Shown one piece after another: positions 22,453-34,000 of a DNA stretch of 64,000 bases. A program made the position numbers and the translations under genes. The stretch's first letter is position 1; the number at the start of each line of letters is the position of its first letter. Under the pieces are notes generated by a model. It did not search any database. It saw only the letters and a list, made by a program, of their open reading frames with translations, and was not told the origin of the DNA. The DNA comes from Laetmonice hystrix (taxonomy: Eukaryota): contig OZ249436.1 in the NCBI GenBank assembly GCA_965235115.1, positions 52,328,001 through 52,392,000 of the forward strand, in the 5' to 3' direction.

Positions 22453-23774
22453 TTGTACCCCTTTTTGGTTTTCTAATGTGGAAACATTTGATACAAAGTG
22501 GCGACTGACTGAAGTCTTTATTTTTATGGGACTTTTATACCATGGCAACCTGACACTTCCTTTCATTGTAGAACACCTAACACTATCAGCTTTCTTTCTC
22601 AGAATCTGCTCTCAACTTATGCTAATCTATGCTACAATCAATACAACTGACGCTTGCCGTACCAGCCCATTTCGGAAATGGCGCGGAATTTAAAAAAAGA
22701 GATATATTTTCATACTTTCAATATGGATGACATGCGCGAAATATGGGCGTGAAATACAGTAATTTATGGTTTTTTTCACTCCCATATATAGGAATCCCTG
22801 TAATTATTATTTCATTCATGAGATGAAATAAAACTATAGACAGACAGATACGTGACATGTTATTTATTTTCATGGTATGATAAAGCAAAACAGGAAAAAT
22901 AATAAATAAATAAATAAATAAATATGATTTAAAATCAAACCAATAGCTTCCCTAAAGGTCGGTGTAGTCGACAGTAAAGAAGACATAAACTACATGATGG
23001 TTATGGTGAGTAAAGCATTATATCATTCACATGATTAGAGCCAAGGCATTCTGTAAGATTGACCAGTAGGCCTATCTTCCCAAGAAAAGGTTGACTGTTA
23101 TGTGATAGTCATGCATAGATTATTATTCCGATTTCCCGGTGTCGACAGAATGTAATAATTTGTTATACTCTCCCATTGCAGCAAAGAATAACCATGGTGA
23201 ACGAAGGCCGTGCTTTCCTGCCTGGCGGGGAGGAAGGATACACCCCTGAGACCATTAATGATTCCGTCATCTTGTCAACTCCATGCACATGAATGTCAGA
23301 AGCAACATGTATTTTGCAGCGCTGTGCTTATAAATAAATGATTATGAGAAAAGGCACGTGGAAGTATTCATACCAGTTCTTGATTATAAAACGCTCTATG
23401 CGACATATATCAAATAGATATTAAATGAGAATGCAAGCATAACAATTTAAGAGCACAGTTTCCCACAGCCATTAGCAGACCTGGACAATTTATAATGTCG
23501 AGTGTTTATAGGCCTACGACTGTCGGGTGACTGGTGCGACCTTCCTGTCTATTCCCTGCCCACATTGTTCAAGGTCATCATTGCAGTAAGTTCACGATGC
23601 ATTTGACCCGTTCATGTTAGGTTACATAGCCATACGTAGTTATAAATACACCTATCTGTAAACCTGCAAACACCCAGATAGAAGTACAGAAGTAGACTCT
23701 ATGAAGTATAATTCTTATTGGCACAAAACGGACTCATATCTAGACCTATATCTAAATATAAAGATTCAGCGAGA

Positions 23775-23933
23775 NNNNNNNNNNNNNNNNNNNNNNNNNN
23801 NNNNNNNNNNNNNNNNNNNNNNNNNNNNNNNNNNNNNNNNNNNNNNNNNNNNNNNNNNNNNNNNNNNNNNNNNNNNNNNNNNNNNNNNNNNNNNNNNNNN
23901 NNNNNNNNNNNNNNNNNNNNNNNNNNNNNNNNN
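23775..23933. other. Assembly gap (N run)
   Basis: Run of n characters. Confidence 1.
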
Positions 23934-26241
23934 GTTGGCAGTAAACTTTCCCCAACTGACCAGTGCCGTAAAACTAGATGAGATGTCATCTAAACATGAC
24001 AGCACAAACATTCCATTAATTCTTGAATTAGTTCGTTGTCGCCTCCGTATAATGACCTGTAGGTGTTAGTGTAGTGTTAAAGCAGAGTGTCGAACCAGTG
24101 TGGGATTATCCCGATTTTGCTTGAAAATCCCGAATCCCGACGCAACCTTTGAATTCTAATTCGCATTGGCGTCGCTTAGAATATCGTCTGTGTGGGACCC
24201 TGTAGAGGAACGCCGGCCATCTTTGTGATTTGTCTCTGTCTAGGGTGACCTATGCCGCCCGACTCTCACGCTTTATAAAGATACACTCCTTAAAACAAAT
24301 TTAATCTTCTCCAACCTCCGGTTGCTAAAGAGAAGCATTTATATTAGAAGGGAATACTTGACCCGAACATCGTTTAACGACTTACTGCCGGTCCACATTA
24401 AACATTAACGACCTATCTGAGCTAACGGCAACAACTTTAGGCGAACGTGCAGGACATAATCAAATTCCAGTTGAAAGGTAACGTTATCAGTCTGCTCTGA
24501 AAGGTCATGTGGGGTTCAGTGTCAGACAGGTGTTGTGCGGGTAACGTACGCCGGTCAGTGACGTGCCCGTCAATCACGCGTCGCCATGTGTCAGTTTGGA
24601 AACCTTCAGTCAGGACAACGTTTCACCTCGGATCCTGTCGCTCCAATCCGAAGTACAGCAACGAGCGCAGAAATATTTACAAGCCATCAACACGCCAAAA
24701 TGGACCGTGATCGATACATAATTATATTCACGACATACATCATTTGTGTAGCCAAAATATCGCCCAACGGGTCAACTGCACGATAAAAATACTCTTGGTA
24801 AATAAAAGTGTTATGCTAAATACCGTTTTGTGAATAATTTCTTTTTTTTAAGTGTGTGCCATTATGCATAGATGCATTCCACGAGAGACGAAAGGGTTCA
24901 GTATAGATAATTAGTGGACAGAATGTAGATGATCTACATCGTGTTAAGTACTTTGGTCACTGTCCACTTTAAATTTTAGGCACGTGATGCAAGTCTTTCA
25001 GAAATGATAAAAGTGTTTGTGTTGTCTCATATCAATCTCCAAATAATGTACAGAGAGACTTCGCTGGTGAAAATAAAAACCTTGATACTGACAGCAACTG
25101 TTTGGGAGGCGTTTTATGGCTTATGGTACGAAATTTGTTGAATCGAAAAAGAGCATGGGCTCTACAGAGAAAAACTTGGCATAGTGTGTATCAAAAACGG
25201 TAGTCCCAAACGACAACTTATTATTCATGAACTTTGTACCTTCTGATTATCTTCAACCACAAAAACTATGGTGATGAAATTATTCACTTTATGGCTGTTA
25301 GTTCTCTTCAATAAGACAAAAACAAAGCAAAAAAGATGGAGATAAAAATGGTGATGGAATTATTCACTTTGTGGCTGTGAGTCCTCTTCATTAAAAAAAC
25401 ATGGAGAAACAAATATTTATTTTGTGGCTCTTAGTTTGTGGCTCCATAGAGACGAAAATATTCAAATTATTTATCGCCAAAATGTTATAGAGATGAAATT
25501 ATTCACTTTGAACCGCAATCTCTCTTTAACCTACAACACCCATGGAGATGACCTTTATTTATGTTTTCTGCTGGTAATTGCCATGATGGTGGCTGATAGT
25601 TATTGAATGTGATGTCCCATCCATTGGATCATAACCCAGACTTGTCAGCACTAAGCTTTGAACTTTATCTTAAAAAAAAACGATTCTGCAGCAGTCTTAT
25701 AACTAAGGAAACACAAACGAAAATTGCAAGCGAGCGAAAGCAGAAAGTTCAGCAGATCGTTCAAAACTTTTGTCACTAGCCCATTATATCTGGATTTCTT
25801 TGCACGTGCGATTTCAGAGCGTTCTAAGCTATATGGTCTGGTTGGAATGTTGAGTGAACCCTAAGAAAAAGATAACATAGGTACATTAATCTGATTCAAT
25901 TTGGTTTAGGCGATCTCTGGAATGATCACGTTGGTGATTATTCATAAATAGTCAGTCTATCCGCAGTACAGGGTGTTCATAAAGACGTTAAATAGGTGCT
26001 CTGTCAAATCTACTGACATTTAAATTATCATTTCAAGTGTTATACATTTGTCTGTGGTTCCCATGGGCTTGTAGGTTCCCAGATCGCTAACGGACAGTCT
26101 GACTGACCGACACTCCCTCTCAGGCTCAGTCACCAGGAAACGGCGAGACAGAAAAACACGCCCGCGTGAATCAACGTGACGAAAGGTTCCGTGTCTCCAG
26201 TTCTGATTGGACAAACCAGCCGACTGCCCATCTTATGTTCG

Positions 26242-26250
26242 TATATAAAG
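26242..26250 (+). promoter_or_regulatory. TATA box of paralog 4
   Basis: TATATAAAG about 190 bp upstream of the ATG at 26437; reverse CCAAT (ATTGG) at 26206-26210. Confidence 0.6.
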
Positions 26251-26436
26251 CAGGACGGTTGACTTCTCAAGACAACTTGGCTGAGTCCTTCCACAGTCCA
26301 CAGCAAGGAGATACACGGGACTATTTTAGTGACAGGAGGCAGTGTAGTTCAGAAGGAGAACTTACAGGAGGAAAGTTACCTGGGAGATACCGTGCTCGTT
26401 TAGTTATCAGCTCCTGGCGGGAGCAGCAAAGCCAGG

Positions 26437-28217
26437 ATGAAGGCCTTTAGTTTGATTTTGGTGGTGGCTTTCTACGGCCGCCATGTGTTTACTAGGGACC
26501 TCGGCCGGGTAGAAGGTAGGTACTCACTTGAGTATAGAAACTGTTGTCCTAATGTCCCAACCCAGACGGGGGGGGCGATACGTCCACGTCAAAATCTACC
26601 TTGCCACAAGCTTTGCTCTAACGAAATCAGAAAAAAGTTGGACCCTTCTTCTGTTATTCTCGTTATTGTGTTGTAGCTTTTTGAAGTAGGCCTACAAAGG
26701 TATTTATTTTCTGGACTGAACTGAATTGGTATGAAATTCCTGTCTTATAACTGTAGGGCCTATTGTAATTCGGATCGCTCTGGTTCAAAATGGTGCCCTA
26801 GATAGTTTTGGCAGCTACGCTTTACGTCTACTTTACTGCAAGCTCAACATTGCCCATTTTACAATCAGTCAATCAGGAGGAAATCCATATTTCAGGTCAC
26901 TCGTAACGTCATTATCATAAATGAAACTCTTAGGTTCTTGGCCATCTTAATGTCAAGATGGTCAAGGAAAGGTATAAATTTATGTTGTATGAGGGCTAAT
27001 CGTAGTCACCAAAACAATCAGCAACTTTGGAAGTCCTTAAGTTGTATAGGCAACTACGGGCATCTTCTTGGCAGATATAAAGATTTGAAAACGGAAACGT
27101 TAATTAACAGAATATAGCGTAAGTAGAATCCCAAGGGAATTGTGGTTAAAATTTGGATATGGGCTTAATTATCTCCGGGGCCCAATGTTCATTTAAAGGA
27201 AGCCATTGCGAACAATGTTGAGAAGTATCAAATGCTAATTTTCTCTCCTGAAAGGATGAAGGACCTGAAAAAAAGACACTCCTACCTTTGGCTTGCGGCC
27301 AATTGCTATCTGTTTACTCTTGTTCGTGACGGTTTCCTTTGCCTTGAAAAATATTTAACTTTGCTTACTACAAAACGTGACAATCAGTGTTGGTTTACTA
27401 GTAGAGAAAATCTTTTTTTCTATGTCCTTCACGCTATCGGGTATAGACAAACTTCAGTTGGTTTCCACAATGTATCCTTCTAATCTAAGACTTTTCCAAT
27501 CAGTTTTTCGATAAACCATCACAGAGTAATGTCACTCTGGTCAATTCAATTGCAGGCTACGAGGCTGGTGAGGTCGGAGGCCAAGCAATCTTCGACCATA
27601 GTGAAAACGCTCCCTATCGCGAAGCCGACAATCGTTTCCCAGCTGCAACGGAAGTGGAATATAAGCCAAAAGTGGAAGGCAAGGACGGGTACTCCGGTGG
27701 TTACGGGGGTCATCACGGCGGTCACGGCGGTCATCATGGCGGCGGCCACTACGATCACGGTCATCAACAATCACACCACGGCCATGATCACGGCGGACAT
27801 TCCCACGGCGAACACGGCGGCGGTCATCACGGCGGCCACGGTCAACACGAAGGTGGGGAGTCGTACGACGGCGCCGTCAAGTGGCACGGATCGAATCACG
27901 GTCAGGGCAGCGGCAAGGGCGGCGGTCACGGGCACTTCGGGAAACACTGGGAGGGCAAGAAGCATGATGGATTTAAAGCGGCCGGCCACGACCAATATCA
28001 CCATCACGGACATAAGGAAAAGCATTACCACTACGGGGGCTCGGGATGGTACAAGGAGGTCTCTAAGGGCCAGGTTCATGGTCATGGAAACGCAGGAGGT
28101 CACGGTCATGGCCACTTTGGAGGTCACAAGCACGGCAAAGATCATCACCAGTCTCATGACCACCATGGAAATCACGGGCACACTGGCGGCCACAAACAGT
28201 ACTACGGTTACAACTAG
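26437..28217 (+). CDS. Secreted His/Gly-rich structural protein, paralog 4 (246 aa)
   Basis: join(26437..26515,27556..28217). Signal-like MKAFSLILVVAFYGRHVFTRDLGRVE; donor AG|GTAGGT; phase-1 acceptor ttgcag|gc gives an open frame GYEAGEVGG... into ORF 27654-28217; about 95% DNA identity to paralog 3 over the last 507 coding nt. Confidence 0.87.
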
Positions 28218-28740
28218 GGAATACCACTGGTCTTGTCCAGCCGTAGCGGAAATATTGATGTCAAGTTCTTGGGGCAATCCTGCTGCTGTTGTCATAGACA
28301 CTTTTCCTTCTGCGTGTGCATGGCTTTTCTTTGTATTTTATTTAATGCGTCTTGTCAGGAAAAGAAAAGAGTATAATCTACGGGAGGTAGGGCTTTGACC
28401 ATACATTGACCATGCTTCACCTCATCGTTGTTCCTTCTGTTTTCTTGATTCGCAATGTTCTAACTGAGCTTGACATGCATTAGGACCTCGTGTGGTTGGG
28501 GTTGTTGGCACGTACGACGCTGCCAGACAGCTGCTCGTTGCAAGTAAATGTCCTGTGTACCTTCCTGAATCAGGATGTCTGTTTGAACTTTAATTCGACG
28601 TGATTTGTAGCTTTTTCACATTTTTTACAATCTGACGAGAGAGATATCTCTGGAATAATGGAAAATAAAATAAATATCTCATAAAATGTCGATTTGTTGT
28701 TTATATAGGCCCGGGTGAAGTAGAGGATTGTTACGGCATA

Positions 28741-30375
28741 ATTATATTGTCGCCGTGCATATTTTGTCGCCGGGGACAATATATGCCACATATATTGTCG
28801 CCGGCACATAATGTCGCCGACATATATTGTCGCCAGCGACAATATGTGGAGAGAAATACGGCACATATTGTCGCTGCGCAGTTCCAGGCTGCGCAAATTG
28901 CAAATAGGGTGTTTGTAATGGGTAGGGTGCACTAGTCCGAGGGTTCACTAGTCCGAAGTGGGCTAGAGACAACCCTAACCCTAAAACCAAATATAACTAA
29001 CCCTAAACCTAACCTTAACTCTCCCCTTTCACAATTGTTGCACGACCAGTTCCCGACCACCTGCAACGGAAAATCGCTTCCGTTGCACGACCACTCGCAT
29101 GGTGTCGTGCGAGTGATCGCCCCCGTTGCAAGGTCGCAAGCGCACGCAACCGGTCGCGGCTGGGCTTTTGACATGTCAAAAATTCAGAGGCGACTTGGTA
29201 CGACCAAAATTATCGCAGTCCGTTGCACGACCGTTGCACGACCGTTGCAGGCGGTCGTGCGATCGATCGCACGACCGTGTGCGGCTGAAAGCTCGCACAT
29301 GATCGGCCGGAGGTCGTGCAACAGTCGCACGAGTGCTAGCGACCACTGGCGATCAGTCGTGCGTCCTGGAAAATGTGTCCTGCGACCATGAGACTGTTGT
29401 GCGACCGGTCGCACATCATCGTGCAACGTTGTGCGACCATTGCGCGAGTCTATGCATGCATTGAAAGGAGAAGTCGTCGTCATGGCGGCCTGAGCGATCG
29501 CATGCTCGTGCAACAGGTCTCCCCTAAACGCGCGAGCGATCGCATGCTCGCACGACCAGTCGCACGAGCATGCGATCGGTCGCACTGGTTGGATGAGTGA
29601 CGTCAGCTCACTCGTAATGGATCGTGCAATACTCGCATGTGGACGCACGATCGATCGCACGAGCGTATGCGACTGGGTCGTGCAACACTCGCATGTGGAC
29701 GCACGAACACGATCGCATTTGTGAAAGCTACTGCGATTCAGTTGCGATTCAAAACTTTTTTGGACGATCGCACGACCGGTTTGGTCATTTCGGTCGCAAC
29801 TGATCGTGCGCCAATTGTGAAAGGGGCTTTTTCCCGGACTAGTGGGTAGTTCGTCAAGGTCCTACGGGTGCTACCTGCGCGCCCTTCGGTTAGGGTTAAG
29901 GTAAGTTTAGGGTTAGCTTTATCTGAATTAACGCTACATGTAAATGAGTACGACAATGCCACCTTCGTCCGGGTTTCTGAATGTCAATGTTTCGCAATCC
30001 ATGGGGCACATTTTTACTTATTGGTGGCCTGTTTTAGACACTTTTTCCCTACAATTATTTTGCCTGCCTGTCCCCCCCCCCCCCGCCCACCCTCCCTCTC
30101 TTCCACAAACTTCTCTTCCACAATGATCACCGACAACCCTACAGTAACCGTAACCGGCGCCGGCGACAATATATGCCAATGTCCATGGCACATATTGTCG
30201 CCGGTGCAGTCCGCTACATGTACCAACGCTACCGGCACATATTGTCGCCGGCGACAATATGTGCTAATGGGCGGCAATATATGCCATAAACGTTGTTATA
30301 TATTGTCGCCGGCGACAATATATGCACGGCGACAATATAATATATGCACGGCGACAATATATGGCGACAATATAT
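28741..30375. mobile_element. Composite/nested non-autonomous element with modular ATATTGTCGCCG inverted arms
   Basis: 44-bp inverted arms at 28741-28784 and 30298-30341 (2 mismatches); many internal ATATTGTCGCC/GGCGACAATAT modules; CCCTAA-rich segments inside. Confidence 0.65.
29023..29826. mobile_element. Palindromic MITE (PIF/Harbinger-like) nested in the composite element
   Basis: Imperfect ~30-bp TIRs CCCCTTTCACAATTG...CAATTGTGAAAGGGG; internal GTCGTGCG/CGCACGAC repeats; TSD not resolved. Confidence 0.65.
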
Positions 30376-31069
30376 GAAATATTCTGGGTGGTAAATGTCC
30401 TATGGATCAGGCAAGTAAGTTTTAGAACTATCAGAGTTATTGAGTTCCCTGTCTGTGTCCTGAGGCCGCATCCACTTCTTCGGAGCTTGCAAGAATAGAT
30501 ATTCTATTCAGATTTCAAGGAATATAATACACCAATGTAAATGTCACATGAATATTTACACAAGAATGTATGCAAGTTCAGAAGCGGAGAGCATAAATTT
30601 AATAGTTGTTGATTTGAGGTCCACACATAAATTAAAATATGGCTTGTTACTATCATACAGTATGGTATAATTTCACTTCTACGAAAATCACATTCTTTAA
30701 AACAAAACGAAAAGAGCCCCCGGGCAAATAATTAAAACTTCGGCTTTCCTAACCGGGTACACGTATATAGCACATCTGCATGTACGCGGCAGAATACACA
30801 AAATGGAAGAAAACAACGCTACAGTTACAACCCTCGGAGCACCCAGCTTCCCGCCAAGAGTAATGCGCAAACTAAATACCTATACGTTACGTAATATTTA
30901 TTAATGTTTATTAAATAGGTTTTAATTCGGCCCCAAAAAGTAGACAGTTGATTTATTCTGTGGAACTTCTTCCTGTGTTTTTCTTTTGCGAAATGAGTTA
31001 TGGACACGAATACTTCAAAACGGGATAAGATATCGGGAAATACCCCTGCTCTTTCGGCAACCACGGAAG

Positions 31070-34000
31070 TTAGGCAAGAGATTTAGGAGACAGTTGGTCA
31101 GTATTTATCATTGCCTTTTTCTTGATCTCCATGGTAACGTTTGGGTCAAGGTGAGAGGTGACCAGGTACGGGTACGTCATCGGAGGGTACACCGCCACGG
31201 CCGTGTTTCTGACCTGAAACAAAACAACATGAAGAACACTGTGAGGCACTGCTCCCCATTGGCAAACGCTTAATGAAATAACCCGTGTCCTTATTTTACC
31301 AGTAACAATTGGATTCCTATAGAGCCAAGGTTAGAGTAGAGAACTACACCCTTCAAAATACATGGCTCATGGAGCGAGGGGCCATGAGGGGAATGGCTAT
31401 TACGACGAGGAACCTCCCACGTAAAATTATTATCCTTCCTTCAACGGTTTGAAACGGTATTTGTGTTTCAACATGAGCACAGGAGGCATGCCCTCTTAGC
31501 GACTCTTTCGCCGTTATATCAGATTAGAGGCTCCATTGGTCTCTAACGGTTGTCTTCTGATTACATCCCACCCCGCCATCCCTACAATCAAAACTTGCCT
31601 CCCGGTCCTCGGGGGCGCAGCAGCAGCATACAGTGGCGCCGACTACCGAGAAGACGAGACACCCTAAAGCTGCAATCATCTGTGTGACCACCAGTCCTGG
31701 TGGTGAACGTACATAATGTACCTAGAAAATATAACACAGTAATTTACTGTACATAATACAGACTTAGAGAAGACATATCTAAAAGATGATTACTGAGACT
31801 TTCTTAAACATAATTCATCTGTCAGCCAACCTTTTTTGCGAGGTAGGGCCTACGGAGGTGCATTTGATTGAAACTTTGTGAAGCGTCCGTAAGTCACGTA
31901 GAGAACACTGTTTCTATAAGTAGACCTACAGTGCTTGACTTACCATTGACATGGTATCTTCCATGGCTCCCATCATAGTATTCGCGACCATCAGGACGGC
32001 CATCGTGGGCGCAAAGACTGACGCGTTCAGCACACACAGCACCAAGAAGCCAACTTTCTGTTTTCAGAAAAAGATTGGTCCCCTGATAGTTTATTATATC
32101 GTGGTGTGGGTTCTTTGTATGCCCCTGTGTGCTTTGTCAAGCAGATCTAAGAATGTACCCATTTAAGTTTTGTTTGTATAGCTTAAAGGAAACCTATTGC
32201 ATCTTATGTTCGACAAAAATCCAACTATTTCCGACTGGCGGTGAACAAGCGAACTATAAACAGACTTACAAGTCCCACCTGGCGGTGAATGATGGAGGTA
32301 CGAGCGGCGAGGACGCCTACGATCCCAGCCATGAGAAACTGTCGATATCAATAGTCACTTTTATCATGGTTCTGCGTTGTGTTGATTTCTCAGATTCCGG
32401 AAAAATTCTTATCCCAAATAATTAATATAGAGTTAACTATATTTTTCAAGAATTTCAATACTGTAGCCCTGCCTAACAGAATGTAGGCCTAGGGCTATCG
32501 GCTACGGCCTAGGCCTCGTCTCAGTGATCAGGCATCTAGATCTAGGCCTACTATTAAATGTGTGGGGCCTACATGTATTCCAGATTAAAGGCTCCCGTCT
32601 GGATTCCCTTTATTACACTTTCTTTGCAATATTGAATTGGGGGAAGGACCTATTAGGGATACTTTGTAGATCTACCTTTAATTTCAACCTGACTCGTTCA
32701 CCAAAATAGAGTCTTAGGGCCTAGGGCCTAGGCCTATAGGCCTAGGCCTATGCCTAGTTGCCTCTGATCGGGGTTCACATCTATTGACTAAAAAATCCTG
32801 CCCTTTAATTAAAAGTGTCAAATATACACGGGCTCACTTCTTCAGAAATACCTAATATAACAGTTATCGTGTTACCATGACACCGCACCAGACGCCAGGA
32901 GCCAGGAGTGACAGGATGTCCGGGAAACATGTTACCATGGTAACCTCCGAAGAATTGGACCATGGCGCATCGACCTCGTTCCAAGGCACGAAGCTTACGA
33001 TACCCTCTCTCTGACAGCTGCATAAAAACATTTTTTCGATAAATTTATAAATATCACGCTTAGAGGCAGATCCAGGCGGGGTAGTCTGGAGGGAGGGGCA
33101 CGCAGGCCTATCATTCGGGATTCCCTCGGGCATATGACGTCATTTCTACATACCCTCGGGTGAAATGGGCGCCATTGGCAACCAGATACATGGCGAAATC
33201 GACCTGTTTAGCGAGGCACTGAGTGAACCGTCATGTCACATCGAGCCAGGAAGTAGTGCATTATTGACACCTGCTCCTTCGGCGTTGTATGTGCAAATAT
33301 AAATTTCTGGTATGAAGGGGAACGTTTGAAGAAGAAAAATGAATCACCTAATTTACTTAAATGGGCGTAATGGATACGGTAATTTATCAAATTATGGGAA
33401 GCAATATGGCCGCGCCCATGAACGACAACACCACGACAGATGGTAGGACTACTGGTATCATGAACATGATGCTATCGTAATATTGCCCACTGACTTTGGG
33501 GAAAGCGCTGGAGGCCTATTTTAGTTGCTTCCATGCCTGATGCAGGCAAAATACTGCAAGCACTGCCATGCTGGCGACAGTCTCGGCTAAATGTAGCCTA
33601 CCCGCGATGCAATGCTCAAAATGGCGCCTATTTCACCCGAGGCTACTTTCGAAGATAATATGGTATGGCCGAGGATTCCCGAATGGTAGGCCTATTAGAC
33701 CTAGCCTATATCTAGTATAGTGTTCCTTTGTCGGCCTACTGGAAGGGCACAGCCATTTTTGGTCGGGCTCTCTCGAAAGCAAGGCTGCGGCCATGCTGCT
33801 TCCTCGCGGAACCGTAGTGCACACTGTTCCCAGACGAAACCGTTATTTTTTTTAACATCTTCGCTCACGAATTTTGTCACTGATATTTAGGGCATCATGT
33901 TACCTATGGTTAATAGCATTTTGTGGTGACAATTTTATGCAGATAGGCCAAGAACTCGTTATGTGGAAACAAACCAAACATCACATGTCGAAAAATGCAA

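Noticed and set aside
19422-24069. ORFs spanning N runs
   Set aside because: Artefacts of translating through assembly gaps.
18790-26182. Shared ACGTGACG motif upstream of paralogs 3 and 4 as a CREB3/XBP1-type secretory regulator site
   Set aside because: Only an 8-mer at different distances from TATA, not found in the same form for paralogs 1 and 2; could be chance.
28971-29916. Telomere-like CCCTAA/TTAGGG tracts as an interstitial telomere or fusion scar
   Set aside because: Short, degenerate and embedded in a non-autonomous element structure.
32931-32944. Perfect RFX X-box palindrome GTTACCATGGTAAC
   Set aside because: Lies inside coding exon 2 of the MS4A-like gene (encodes VTMVT), far from any promoter.
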